Source: Epithemia pelagica (lineage: Eukaryota > Protista > Bacillariophyta). Taken from it: a stretch of 64,000 nt of DNA. Shown piece by piece: positions 33,702-46,000 of the stretch. The notes beneath the pieces were generated by a model. The model saw only the letters and a program-made list of their open reading frames with translations. It was not told the origin of the DNA and ran no database searches. Position 1 is the first letter of the stretch. Each line of letters starts with the position of its first letter. The DNA is taken from assembly GCA_946965045.2 (NCBI GenBank), contig OX337241.1, positions 2,046,001 to 2,110,000 on the forward strand. Direction: 5' to 3'. The translations under genes were made by a program, and so were the position numbers.

Positions 33702-34314
33702 GAGTCCATTTGTTATAGACCGTAAAATAGTACAAAAAGATGACCGTTGCAATGGTCAGTACCTCTACTACTGTCGATCAGGTTGACTGGTTCGATCTTG
33801 GTTGAGCGTGTTGCAAAGCCTCGAAAAATAATGTGCGGAGAAACCTCCGTAACAGTCCGGGGCAAGACAAGGCTGAGGTTTGCTTGAGGCTTGAGAGTTG
33901 GCCTTAATCTGAGATACTTGATGAAGGTAAGATATAGAGTACTTGCCACAAACAAACAAATGAACAGGCTCTGGAGGAAGATGACAATGATTTGAACGGT
34001 GCCATTATGACGTGAACGTAAGTCACCATAGATGATGGAACTGGTAGCCAAAACTACCTAAACTATTTCATTATCTAAGTTTACCTAAACTGTTTGGGAA
34101 GAAACTACACTCCAATTTCTGTTACGCTCTACAGACCATCTTCGTCAACCGCGGGTCCCTACTGGCGACTACCATCCTACAGCGTGTAGAGAGAGTTTGG
34201 GCTGTCCTACTAGTAGTAGTATTTTGTTGTGGGTTTGTTGGGAACGAGCAAAACTCATCATTTCGTGTGGTCTGGTCGTTCTTGTCATCATTCTCGTAGA
34301 AGTAGTAGTATTGA

Positions 34315-36462
34315 TTATTGATCCAATTTCAAGGACAGGGCCCATTGCACCGTCCGTCTCAAATCGTGGGGTCCATACCGCAGGGGTACGGCATAGGTCG
34401 CTTCGAGTCGAACCCCACCGCCCAGAATTGTGGTGGCCATTCCACATCCGACACTGCATCGGGAGGACTGCAAGACTGCTTGGGCTGTTCCCACAAGCTG
34501 CTTTGGGTGTTGGCTCATCATCCTGGGGAACCACGGTTGTGGACCTGGTCCACGACTGCTGGAGGAGGAGGAGGACTGTTGTGGTTGTTGTTGATTCCAT
34601 ACATGTGACAAACTTCCGACACAGGTTCCGACGGTTCCAAAGACAAAGGCTTGCAAGGGAACAAATGTGTCATTGTGGTTGGGAGATGACGACGACGATA
34701 GGAGGGGAAAGGTAATCATGTGTGTCCAGGTATAATAGGCATCTCCACCCAAGGCATCGCCACGTTCGGGTGGTTGCTCTTGTTGTGGTTCTTGTTGTGG
34801 GGAGGAGGAGGCATTTGGCGTGGAAGAGTATCCACGAGGTCCAATGCCACTGGGCAAAAATCCTCGAAAGGGCAAGGGTCCCCCGAGAAAGAAACGATCC
34901 GAGACATAAAAGGGCGGCGATTCCTTGTGGTGGTTGTTTGGCGTGTGCCGCAATGCCAAGGAATGAAGGTATCCGACTTGAAAGAGGGAATGGTAGGTTC
35001 CCAACCATGTCGTCGTTTTGTTTTTGGTTGTCGAGGACGACCACAGGAGAGGCCAATGCCAAGCGGCATGCCATTGCGTTTTCCAAAAGGCATTGGCATG
35101 GTTCGACGCATCCTGGGCATGACCCAAGACAAACAAGAGGTCGGGCAAGGCTACTTCGGTGGACCAGGTCCAATCCATATAGGGTACTTGTTCTTGTTGT
35201 TGGGCGTGTTCTTGTTGGAATGGGGGTGGTGGTTGTTGGAGTTGCCACACGAGGGATTGTTTCCACGAGGGACCCAAGGCGGCCTGTTGCAAAATGGGCC
35301 ACGAGGCGGATAGGGATTGGATGCCGGGTGTCGTGGTGGGTCCCAGCCGTGGAATGAGATCCCGCAACAAGACTTGATACAGACAGGACCATTGCAGCGG
35401 TGGTCGTGGTACTACGACAGCGGCCGCCGTGGTGTCATGGTTGTCGTCGTCCGCGTCGTCGGTGACCAAAGTCAGTGGGGTGGAAGACGACGAAGCCAAT
35501 TGAACGTGCCATCCTCGTTGATATTCTTGATAACTTCGGGTATCGCGAAAATCCACCATGGTCAAAAAGGCCTTGGTCGAAAAGTGGCAGGGAATGATTC
35601 TGGTTGTCGTAGTATCATTGTCGTGGTCGTCGTCCCAGAGTCCCCACCCAATGCGTGGAAGTGGCAAAAAGAGTGGTTGTTGGTACCGACCGGTCCACGA
35701 GGGTGCGGCGGCCGTCGTACTGGCTTGTTGGGTATAGGCCCACTCGCACGTGTCCCCTACGCCCACGATATTTCGCACACCGGCACTGACTTCGACTTCG
35801 GCCGCCTGTCCCAACCCGTCCCACAGGTTGGTGGACGTACTCGTACCCGTACCACTCGTCGAGTTCATCCACGACGACCCCATGCCATTCGTACTACTAC
35901 TACTACTACTGCTGCGATTGGTATTCAAGGATGCTCCGGCCGACAGTTTGTACCAATTCTTTTCGTGCAGAGAAATGTGCACTTCCACGGCCTGTTGTTG
36001 TTGTTGTTCTTGGTTTTGTTGTGGTTGTGCTTGTGATGGGTGTTGGTCCGTCATTGTCGGGGACGATGAGACGGGAACCAATTCGACGTGGACCGAATGA
36101 TAACACGTGGTGGCTTCCATGGCTTGAACAAAGTGATTCAATTGTACCATGAGGGTCTGCAAGGATTGGGGTGGAACGGTGGACAACGATGACGATGACG
36201 CGTCGTGTGGGAGTGAGGAAGAAGATGCGAGAGACGACTGACCCAAGGCATGGGCCAATTGTTGATGGACAAACTGGGGTGTGGTTTTCAAACGATCAGT
36301 GGTTGTTGTTGTTGGGGTGGTGGCGTTGTGGAGTTTGGGCGGCCACGTGACCGTCACGGGATAATGAGCCGCATACTCTTGCAACAGTTGCAAGTGCTCC
36401 AGTTGTTCTTGTTGTTGTTCGAGATTGTCGTCAGGATTGGGATTGGAAGCAGCCGTCGTCAT
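34315..36462 (-). CDS. SAM50: Omp85/Sam50-family beta-barrel assembly protein (715 aa)
   Basis: DRFFLGGP..FRGF..GIGPR, DALGGDAYY, RCSVGCG and RLEATYAVPL are Sam50/BamA barrel signatures. Single exon. Confidence 0.85.
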   Translation of the reverse strand: MTTAASNPNPDDNLEQQQEQLEHLQLLQEYAAHYPVTVTWPPKLHNATTPTTTTTDRLKTTPQFVHQQLAHALGQSSLASSSSLPHDASSSSLSTVPPQSLQTLMVQLNHFVQAMEATTCYHSVHVELVPVSSSPTMTDQHPSQAQPQQNQEQQQQQAVEVHISLHEKNWYKLSAGASLNTNRSSSSSSSTNGMGSSWMNSTSGTGTSTSTNLWDGLGQAAEVEVSAGVRNIVGVGDTCEWAYTQQASTTAAAPSWTGRYQQPLFLPLPRIGWGLWDDDHDNDTTTTRIIPCHFSTKAFLTMVDFRDTRSYQEYQRGWHVQLASSSSTPLTLVTDDADDDNHDTTAAAVVVPRPPLQWSCLYQVLLRDLIPRLGPTTTPGIQSLSASWPILQQAALGPSWKQSLVWQLQQPPPPFQQEHAQQQEQVPYMDWTWSTEVALPDLLFVLGHAQDASNHANAFWKTQWHAAWHWPLLWSSSTTKNKTTTWLGTYHSLFQVGYLHSLALRHTPNNHHKESPPFYVSDRFFLGGPLPFRGFLPSGIGPRGYSSTPNASSSPQQEPQQEQPPERGDALGGDAYYTWTHMITFPLLSSSSSPNHNDTFVPLQAFVFGTVGTCVGSLSHVWNQQQPQQSSSSSSSRGPGPQPWFPRMMSQHPKQLVGTAQAVLQSSRCSVGCGMATTILGGGVRLEATYAVPLRYGPHDLRRTVQWALSLKLDQ

Positions 36463-36996
36463 GATAGGGTCAACAACGGCGCACTCACTGGCGGCCTCTC
36501 AAATATACGGATATGCCAACACCCTCGAGACTCTGTAGTGACACCCAGCAAAAGATACGGAGGGGAAATCTTTTTTGGAAATGGTGTGTCGGCATAATAT
36601 GACGCTGGGGAGTCTATCGACCGTTTCATAGATAGTTTGAGTGCTTTGTAATACACCCTAGAGTTTAAGTATCTGGATCCCCTGATGGATGCCACGTGGA
36701 TCAACATCACCCACAATCTTTCTCTCATCATCATTGACTGTCATCACACAATCCTGGTTGTCCATTGGCTTTGTTCCGCAGGATCCAATCATCATAATCC
36801 TTTCTGTATTCAGAAACACAGGGTCGTTTGGGTATTCAGTTTCTCTTCTTGGGGGTTGTTGTTTCCAACCAGTGCCATTCCCAACAAACCAATCGAGACG
36901 ACGACACGATTCGTACAAAACAACCACAGCCACACTCCTACTACGACAGCAACAACAACAAGTTGCACAATCCTGATCATGATGATGATGATGAGG

Positions 36997-38308
36997 ATGA
37001 AACTGGTGACGGTTCTGTCGTGCTTGTTGTACATGACGTCTTCCACGTGCCATGGGTTTACCGTGGGATTCTCCTCCTCCTCGTCCTTGGTGGCCTCACG
37101 ACAACAGACGACACCCAGAACCACCCGTAGCACACTCTTTGCCGAACCCCCCGCGGCCGACGACACGGAGGAGGAACCTGCCGCCGTGACGGAGGAGGAA
37201 ACTTCAGAAGAACAAGAAGAAGATGTGGATCCCGAAGTCAAGCAACTCCAGGAGGAAACGGCAGCCTTGGAAGCCACCCTCAAGGAAAAACGTCGAGCCT
37301 TGGCCTTGTTGCAAGACATTGCCGAAGATTATACCACCACGGGATATGCTCGCAAGGTGGCCGAAATGGAAAATATGCGACGGGCACGAAGGGTAGGTCC
37401 ACGTCTATCATCTCGACATTACGGAACCACATGTGTGTTTTGTTTGTGTGTGGTTCGGTTGTTGTTGTGGTGTGAGACCCTCTTACTCACTCATATTCAC
37501 TCGTTTACTTGTGTCCTTCGCGTCCTGGGGGTTGTGTTTTGGGATTGTGTTTTTGATGTTGGTGTTTTTACTACCAATGGTTGTTGCCGTGGTTTATGGG
37601 AACCCTAACGAACTACTATGGTCGTCCTGTTGTGCGTCTGGATGATGGATGGTTGCACCACACACACACAAAATGGTGTTTTCACCATGACTGGATCCTT
37701 CCCTCTCTTGGAAAAATCCTCGTGTGAAATCCCCCTACGAACGACTCAATCTGCTGCTGGTTCCCAATGATTGATGTATATCCACCACTTGCATTGCATT
37801 CCATTCGACGGTCTCGTGGAATGTTCTTGGACACCCACGTACACAGATGTTGGCCTCGTCCAACAAGGCGGGGTCGGAGGCGGCCACAGTGGCGGAATTT
37901 TTGCCCATTTTTGACACCCTCTACCAACTCAATGTCCAATACGCTGAGGATGAGTTTGGCCAACAATACAATGCCCTCTTGTCGTCCTTGAAACAAGCCA
38001 TGATGGATTTGGGCGTGGTGGACTACGAGGTGGCGGTCGGTGATCCCATTGACCCGCTCCGCATGACCGTGGTGGAATCGCAGACCAATGACCAACAACC
38101 GGCCCAAACCGTCTTGCAACTGGTACGGTTGGGAATGGAATTGGAAGGCAATGTCGTACGACCGGCCCAAGTCATTGCCAGTTTGGGATCCGAACAAGAA
38201 GCGGCCGAAGCAGCTGCGGACGAAGAAGAAGCAACAGGGGAAGAAGAAGAAGAAGAAGACGCGGCGGCCGCCTCGGGAGAACCCGACATGGCGGCGGGAG
38301 AAATTTAA
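36997..38308 (+). CDS. grpE: GrpE nucleotide-exchange co-chaperone, probably plastid-targeted
   Basis: Exons 36997-37392 and 37847-38308 (GTAGGT..CAG, phase 0). Motifs AEMENMRRAR, FLPIFDTL, GDPIDP and GMELEGNVVRPAQV. N-terminal signal peptide ends CHG-FTV (ASAFAP-like). Confidence 0.88.
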
Positions 38309-39237
38309 CACGCTAAACGCTCTGTCCTTGTTGGTTTGCGGTCTGGCTTTGTGGAGACGCACACACAGTGCACACACCACCAAAAACACAATCATTTGTA
38401 GGGTTAGAAAGATGCGCGTGCGGTGAAACGAGGCTCTCACCCGTACTAACACGCTAGAAACAATTCGTAGTAGTAGAAAATTGCAATTTGGATGGTTTGC
38501 TGCCCATCCAAAACGAGTGTCTAGGTAGGTAGTAGTTGAAAAAGTATTACAAGAGGTCACTTTTGCCTACCAACAAACTCCAGACGGAACAAACGAGCTA
38601 CTCGATTGCACAAGGGCTGGCCCATGCCGTGTGGCTCCGATCCAAGCGATACAAGTCAAAAGTCTCTGTCTACAGGGACAACCGAGGCTACGAGTCTTGG
38701 ACTGGTTGTGATGTGGTGTGATTGGGCTACGGACAGTGGCAGGGGTTTTGTGTGTGAGAGTGCGCGGGCATGTGAAAACCGGACACGAGAGAAGAGGAGA
38801 GGCCTATCGTTCCCGTCCAGCTAACGTGTGTCCCAACACACTGGGTAGGTAGTGATGGCTCCAATCTGTTTGGGAGAGTGCACGTCGTGTGCCATGGGGA
38901 ATAGGGTCTTGTGTTTCTCTTGGTGATGATGATGAGTGGTGCGTGACTGGGTGCGTCAATCCCAAGGGTGGTTTCATCGAGTGTTGTGTATGTGGGTGTA
39001 TGTGTACCAACGAAATGAAATCCCCAAAACAAGAAACGGACGCAACCAAGAAGCGGAAAAAGACTATGACGCGGTGGGAGTATGCGGACACAAAAAGGAA
39101 CAAACAAGATTGCGATTTCCACAACAAGATTTTTCGGAAACCAAGTGCAACCGTAATTCTTCTTCTTGTCCATCTGGTGTGCTCATGATGAGTGTCAAGT
39201 AATTGGTGGTGGAAATATTCGTTCCTCCAAATTCGAA

Positions 39238-40617
39238 TCAGTCATCCAAACAAAATCCATGAGAGGCAGCCGGGTGACCGGATTCGTGCTTGGAGGCTTT
39301 CGACTTTGGTGGTTGGGACGAGACAGCTTGTGCTTGTCGTGTCTCATCTTCGAGAAAAATGGCTGGTCCCACACGGGGAGGCAAGGAGGGAGACGTGGCT
39401 GGAGTCACCAAGGTTTGTTTCGTGGCTTGATGAAGAGTCCAGGACGACATGTCCAACAAAGATGGTCCCGACGTTTTGTCGAGAATCTCCTTCATTCGAT
39501 GATTCTCGGCCTCCAATTCGGCAATGGCCTTTTCAATGGTGGCGATAAAACACTTTTTCCGCGATCGAGTCATTTTGGCGTGGATCCGATTCCGCTCCCG
39601 TCTGTCCACAAGAGAATACCACAGGGATAATATGTGAGAAATGGCCCAACACCCCAAGAACGAGCAGTAGTTTCTCGGTCGGTACACGTACCTCAAGACT
39701 TCGAGTTGTTCGGTCGTGAGTTGTTTCTGTACTCCCTCATTGTCTCGGTACAAGCCCGTCTTCCAGTTGATGTGAGACTTTCCGGCTCCAATCTCGGTAA
39801 CCTTGCCATCAATGTTGATGGTGAGACGATGTTGCTGTTGCTGCTGCTGCAATTGAGACTGTTCGCCAATGGCTTCGGAAATGAACCGTTTCCGTTTGGT
39901 ACCCGACAAGACTGCCACCATGTCCGAACGGCGTTCCGTGTGATTCTTTTTCTTGGTAGAGACGACTGCCTCTCCCCCTCCTCCATTCTCGGCATCCTCC
40001 ATGGCACTGATGGAGGTGCCCGAAGAAAGGCCCAAGAGAATGGAGGCAATGCCACATTCTTCCACCTTTTGTTCCAGTACTTGACGTTCGGCTTCCAAAC
40101 CCTTGACTTTGGCTTGCAAGGCTTCCAATTGGGCCTTTTTCCGGAGACGTGTCCGACGTGCATGCTCGCGATTCCGTTCTCGACTTCGAGCCAAGCGACG
40201 TTCACTATCGTCTTCATCCTCTTCTCTGTCCCTCTCTTGACGATGATGTTCTTGGTGATTTCCTTCTTCTTCTTCTTCCTCCTCCTCCTCTTCCATTTCG
40301 TCCTCACCACTCTCACCGTCCACGTGACTGTGTTTGAGCTTTTGGCGCTTGGAGCTCGTCATGACCTTGTTGTTGTTGTTGTTTGCTGATACGTGGGGGC
40401 TTGTGCTAGGACTTTGGAGTTGCAAGGGTGGTTGGGCTTCATAGGTCTGATTCGATGATGCAACCGCGGCGTCCAAGAGGGCTTGTGGCAATGAGTGAAG
40501 TCCTTCCACAAGGCCCGGATTCTGAAGCGACGCTACAGCAAAGGCCAGAGCAATGGTCTGATGTGGTTTCCCTCCTCCCGCTGCTGCCGTGCTGGACAAG
40601 ACATTGGTTGGAGTCAT
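39238..40617 (-). CDS. bZIP transcription factor with two bZIP domains
   Basis: RERNREHARRTRLRKKAQLEALQAKVKGLEAE and RERNRIHAKMTRSRKKCFIATIEKAIAELEAEN. Probable intron 39691-39602 (GTACGT..CAG, 90 nt). Confidence 0.9.
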   Translation of the reverse strand: MTPTNVLSSTAAAGGGKPHQTIALAFAVASLQNPGLVEGLHSLPQALLDAAVASSNQTYEAQPPLQLQSPSTSPHVSANNNNNKVMTSSKRQKLKHSHVDGESGEDEMEEEEEEEEEEGNHQEHHRQERDREEDEDDSERRLARSRERNREHARRTRLRKKAQLEALQAKVKGLEAERQVLEQKVEECGIASILLGLSSGTSISAMEDAENGGGGEAVVSTKKKNHTERRSDMVAVLSGTKRKRFISEAIGEQSQLQQQQQQHRLTINIDGKVTEIGAGKSHINWKTGLYRDNEGVQKQLTTEQLEVLRYVYRPRNYCSFLGCWAISHILSLWYSLVDRRERNRIHAKMTRSRKKCFIATIEKAIAELEAENHRMKEILDKTSGPSLLDMSSWTLHQATKQTLVTPATSPSLPPRVGPAIFLEDETRQAQAVSSQPPKSKASKHESGHPAASHGFCLDD

Positions 40618-41703
40618 GGTGGTGCTGTTCTATAGAGGTGTTTTCTCGTGAATTTTTTTCTTTTGTCGTTGTTGTCCTCTCGAGATTGTCAAAAAAACTC
40701 AAGTGTGTGTGATTAACACGGGACCAATGCTCTTCTCATGTAAGTTCGTACTTTGTGCTTAGGAGATTACTCCTCAAGGAATGAAGGTTGGACAATGACA
40801 CTTTCATGGTACTTTGCATGCTATACAAAATCTCAGCTATGCTCCGAAAGATGCCCGCTCGGGGTGTGATCTGATTACGTCAGTGCTTACGTACCTAGGC
40901 GAATCTGGTTGGGTGAATCCAAACAAGACAGATGTCAACACATTCTTCGTTTACCCACGTCAGATCCGAATGCCTTCTGTTGAGTCGGGTAGTGTTAATA
41001 AAATCTGAGTCTTGCGAAGCTCTTGTGCAAATGGTCGCTTCTATGGAACAATCGACAAGGTTGCCAACTTTCTGGTTTTTCCATCCAATGCGCTAAGGAA
41101 AAGTTTTAGAATTAGACTGATCTAGCTTGAATTTTCTAGTAAAAGTTTTAGAAATATCCGATATTACTATCAAGTTCAGAGTAACTGTCCTCTCTCTATA
41201 CTCATTAGTTCGTTAGAAAACAGAGACCTGCTAAGCTTTCATGTGTGAATTGACGTCACCTTTTGGCCTCCTGTCTCGTGAGCTGACGCACCCACTTGTC
41301 ACCCAATGGACCATTGACACGATGGGTTCGGAATTCGGAATCTGCGAACTCCTGTCAAAAACGCGAAGATTCGAGTCGTGCGCGCATCTCGTTGGTTCGG
41401 TCGCGCACGCCATGTTCGTGACTCAGGATCGGGACTGGCGAGCATGCGTCACAAGCACGTTTGGGGGACAGCGAAAATCTGCAGCGACTGCAGAATTCCC
41501 AATCATGATCGCAATGGTGGTGATCAAACGCTAATGTACAGGTTTGGCATCGGTGGTTGCCTGCTCCGATTCCGGATCTTGTTCTTGCAATCCGCTCTTG
41601 TCCATGCATTTGGTCGAATAACTGTCCCATATTCCATTGACTATCCTCCTTCTGTTTCATCATCCTTGCCCTCTTCGTCTTGGTCGTTCCTTTTTCCCGG
41701 GCC

Positions 41704-42810
41704 ATGTCCATGCGTACCAGCTCCACCCGTGTTTCTCTGGTGGATCAACATCACAAGAATAATAATTCGTCGTCGTCGCAGTTGTCATTGGTGGGTCGTA
41801 GTCGGGCCGGAGATGGGACGTCCTTTGTAATTCCCGAACTCAAATGGATGTTTGATTGTGGTGCCTTGGTGGCCCAGCAGGGCAGTGCACCCACACACAT
41901 TTTTTTGACCCATACACATTCCGATCATGTCACCTTTTTGACGCACGTTTGTTCCAATGACAATAACCACAAGAGCACGAAACATTTACAGCCCACGGCC
42001 ATTTACCTCCCCGCTCCGGCACTCCCCTTTGTGGAACGATATTTCGAAGCGCATCATGCTCTTGTGGAAATGACAGACTGGAACACAGAGCCAGAGGAAA
42101 CCGACACCCAAAAAAAGAAGAAAAGCGACAAGACCCGACAAGCTTCCTCCTATAAATTGCATCCCACAACACCCAATCAGGAATTCAAAATACGACAACG
42201 AGGTGGTGATGAGTTTAGTATTCTTCCCATTGAGGCCGACCATCGCATTCCTTGTCATGGATACAGTATTTTTCGGCGACGGAAACGTCTCCATCCAAAC
42301 TATGCCCATTTGCCAGGTGCTGAAATTGCCAAACTACGTCGTCAACCGCAACCGCCACACGATTTGTTTCACTACGTACAGGAACCTGTCTTGTGCTACA
42401 TCGGGGATTCAACGCATCGTGTCTTTGAACGGTACCCTGAGGTGTTGCAACAACATTTGGTCATTGTCACGGAATGTTCCTTTTTGGCCACGGCCGATGT
42501 GGGACGAGCCGAGGAAACCAAGCATACCCATTGGACCAATTTGAAACCCATTGTGGAAGCTCATCCACAAATCCTCTTTATCCTGATTCATTTTTCCTTG
42601 AAACATTCCGCCTTGCAAGTCTTGGACTTTTTCTACCACCCCGAAACGGGAGCAGCCATCACGCACCGCAATGTTCATCCCATGCTGGTCCAAGAAGAAA
42701 TTGAAAACGAATGGAACAAACAACTCGCAAAACAACAACAAACTCCTTCTTCCAGAGAGACAATGGCTGGCCCTCCGACATGCCAATGCTTTCGATGCCA
42801 ACCACGCTAA
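41704..42810 (+). CDS. Metallo-beta-lactamase-fold ribonuclease, short tRNase Z-like
   Basis: FDCG, THTHSDH (HxHxDH), EADHRIPCHGY, CYIGDS, VTECSF and LIHFS, plus a short exosite-like segment (YAHLPGAEIAKLR). Confidence 0.85.
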   Translation: MSMRTSSTRVSLVDQHHKNNNSSSSQLSLVGRSRAGDGTSFVIPELKWMFDCGALVAQQGSAPTHIFLTHTHSDHVTFLTHVCSNDNNHKSTKHLQPTAIYLPAPALPFVERYFEAHHALVEMTDWNTEPEETDTQKKKKSDKTRQASSYKLHPTTPNQEFKIRQRGGDEFSILPIEADHRIPCHGYSIFRRRKRLHPNYAHLPGAEIAKLRRQPQPPHDLFHYVQEPVLCYIGDSTHRVFERYPEVLQQHLVIVTECSFLATADVGRAEETKHTHWTNLKPIVEAHPQILFILIHFSLKHSALQVLDFFYHPETGAAITHRNVHPMLVQEEIENEWNKQLAKQQQTPSSRETMAGPPTCQCFRCQPR

Positions 42811-43099
42811 AAAAGGAACATGGTCCCTGCTCAGTGGAAAACTCATTGGTACAGAAACGACGGATTTGTGTTGTGGCACATATGTATACACAAAAATGTC
42901 ATTGCCGTTATGAATACAGTTTCGAGTCATTCATATTGGATCAAGTCAATGTCTCATGATGAGTGTGCATATTCGCGACTACACAAATGTTTGTGCAGAC
43001 ATGCCACATTACACTCCATGCTGTCCGGGCTGAGGTACAAAAGTTTGATTGTCACTGGAACAATCGCGTGGAATGGAACAGAGAGAAAGCGAGCCAAAC

Positions 43100-46000
43100 T
43101 CAATTGCTCCGAATATTTCTCGTTGCCGCCTCTACGGTTCGGTTGAGCTTGTACAATTCAACCATCATTTGAACCTTGCTGGGATAGGAGCAATCGGAAA
43201 GAGCTGTCTTTATTCTATGCAGGGCCGTACCATTGTGATTCTTGTTGGACACCCAAAAGGATGCTGGTTTCTTGCGGAGTTCCTCCAGGAGTGACCGAGC
43301 CGATTGTTCCAGTTTGGGATCATTGGACTGAGCAATGGCTACAATGGTTTCAACGTAACAGGTCAAGTTGGATTGGTCTAGCTGATTGTTGGTCTGTTTC
43401 CAGGTCAGTGCCTGTTGCTTCATGGAGTTCAACAACGACAGTGCCTGGGACGCTGAATCGGGAGAGTTGGTTCGTGAATACATGACAATAAGAGTCTCAT
43501 ACGAAACCATGTCTGGTCCACTTTCGCATGTCTTTGGGGTCAAATTTTTACGATTGGTCGGGCTGGCAAGTTGGTACATGCCTTGAAAGATTTGATGCGC
43601 TCTCCTCGTTGCGTCAAGATGACGCGATTGCGCCCAACATGAGAGTACGGCATTGAACTGTCGCGTAGAAGGTTTCTGTGCCTCTTCTTCAGTCATCCAC
43701 TCGTGCAGAGCCCTGGTTGCCATTTCAGGATTACCGGCTTGCACCCATGCCTGTACACGCGTCCAGTGCACACCAGATTCTCCCAATCCCAAATCCTCTT
43801 TGGCTTGTTGAAATACCTGCTCGGCCTTATGTGGCTGATGCTCTTTGACCCATGCTTGCATGACCATATTGTACATGGTGAGAGATGGTTTCAACGTATC
43901 ATTATCATGTGGCTGTTCTACTTCCAGCCGTTTCAGTCGCTCAAACACTGCCGCCGCTTTTTCGCCGCAGTTTGGTAAATTAGATTTGGCATAGGCCGAT
44001 AAGATGGTTCGAAAGGTCCCGGCATTGGGATAGCAATCGTATGTTCCGTTCTTGGACAATTCCATCATTCGGTCCAGACCTCGTTCGGCCTTTTCCAACC
44101 CTTCCGGTCGACCGGATTTTATCCATGCGACGAGAACCGACGTAAAGTCTACCGTGCTGGGTGGTTTAGTCATGTCGTCGTCCGCGCCTTGAATCCATTC
44201 CCACAGTGCCGCAGCTGCCTGCTCGGGATTCCCTACTTTACACCACGAATGCAATCGTGTACGGTGTAAGAATTCGGTCGGTTTCATGGAGGAATCGCCC
44301 GCCTTGTACATTTCTTGAACATGTTGATAGAGTTCTTCGGCTCGTTCTGCACGAAAATGTTTCATAAAGGCCGTCATGCAGGTAATGGTAACATCTATTG
44401 TCAGAGATAGTTCCATTTCACGCATATCTTCCATGAGCTGTTTGACCTTTTCCACGGCGGCTGAATCTTCGGAAAGTGAAAGGGCGGTAAGGACGGCCGA
44501 AAAGGTCACAACACTGGGTTTGACAGAGGAATTGCCCTTTTCCCATTGGTCCTTCATGTCTTGAAACACCTCAAGTACAAGTTTGGCTTCCACCTCTTTT
44601 TGGTTTCGATAGTGCTTTTGCGAATGACGATTCTTTTCTCGAATGGAGTTTACCAAGGCCCACAAGTACGATGTATAGGTAAAGGCATCGGGTGCCACTC
44701 CCATTTGTCTCATGCGTTGCAACACGGACTGGATTCGTGGAATCGTCGCGGTAGAAGTGGACGACCGATGGGACGACTTGGCCCAGGCCTCAATGACCAC
44801 GTTGAAATGTTGTGCTTGCAAGGCTGTCGTGTCAATCTTGCCTTGCACAATATTCTCGTAGAGCTTGCGAATGTGAAATTCGCATCGCTCCGGTTCCCCG
44901 GCATTGGCCCAAGCTCGAATGACATTGAAATAAGAGGAACCGTCGGGGAAAATGGTTGCCGCCCCATCATGTTGTGGTTGCGTCTCCATCCATTCCAGAA
45001 GTTGTTCCGCCTCGACAGCAGCCTTTTGGGGATTGGGTTGTGTGGGTCGAGCATAGGCCGTGAGTAATAGATTGTACGTGTGAACCGTAAAAAACAACCG
45101 TGGACGACCGCTTTGTTGAGTGGAATTGTTGTTGTACTGCTCCATCCGTTCTAGAATGCTCTTCATTACATCGATGGAATCTTTGGAATCGACCCAGGAC
45201 ATGAGAATGCCATTCCACACTCGACTCCATGCCTGTGGATGCCAGGAATCTACCAGCAAGGATCCCCCTTCTTCCATGGCTTGTATCATGCGTTGAAATA
45301 CGGCTTGGGATTCCTCCGTGTTGCCCACCTTGGCATGAGCCCAAAGCAAGGAGGAGTAACACGCCATGTCCGGGCGCAAATGAGGATCGCCCAGTGTGGT
45401 AGCCAATTGTTCCATGTAGTCCAAAAGATGTTGGGCTTGTGTGGCCATTCCAGCACGACTGTAAGCGGCCAAGACGGCCACAAACATGCGAGTCGATACC
45501 TGTTTCGGTGGTGGTGTCGTTCCACTCATTGTTGTCCTTGAGTAGGAGGAATGGTCTTTGTCTTGGTGTCGTTTCAACACGGCCTGACAGTGGGCATCCA
45601 ATATAAATCGGGCGGCTTGTATATTCTTGTGTTGTGGATGCTTGACATTGGCGAGTGCAATGCAAGTGCGCGACATGGCAATGTCATCCAATTGCTCCAG
45701 CGCGAGTTGTTGCTCTTGTAGTACGAATGTGTCTGCTCGTGGTGGTGGTACTGATTCATCCGCGTGTCGTGGATTGGCCCCCGTCATTTGCTCAAAGAGG
45801 TGCCAAATTCGTTCCAAGGCGGCAGTCGGATGGGGATTGTATTTGCTATGAGCTTCCATGACGGCACAATAAAAATAGGTCGAAGGCTCATATTTGGACG
45901 ACACGTGATCGTTGCTGCCGTCTTGTTGTTGTTTTTGGCAATCTTGCAATTGTTGCAAATAGGCATCGGCTTGGACGTGTGCTTGAGGATTGTGTGTGAG

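Larger units (their letters stand above)
27050..33720 (+). mobile_element. RLE-type non-LTR retrotransposon, CRE-clade-like, two intact ORFs
   Basis: ORF1 and ORF2 form a C/A-rich block. ORF2 has the zinc finger-RT-CCHC-RLE layout. Exact ends, TSD and tail were not identified. Confidence 0.85.

Noticed and set aside
26995-33740. Possible TSD of the CRE-like element (accataaatgagta versus accgtaaaatagta)
   Set aside because: Too many mismatches for an element with intact ORFs; probably coincidence.
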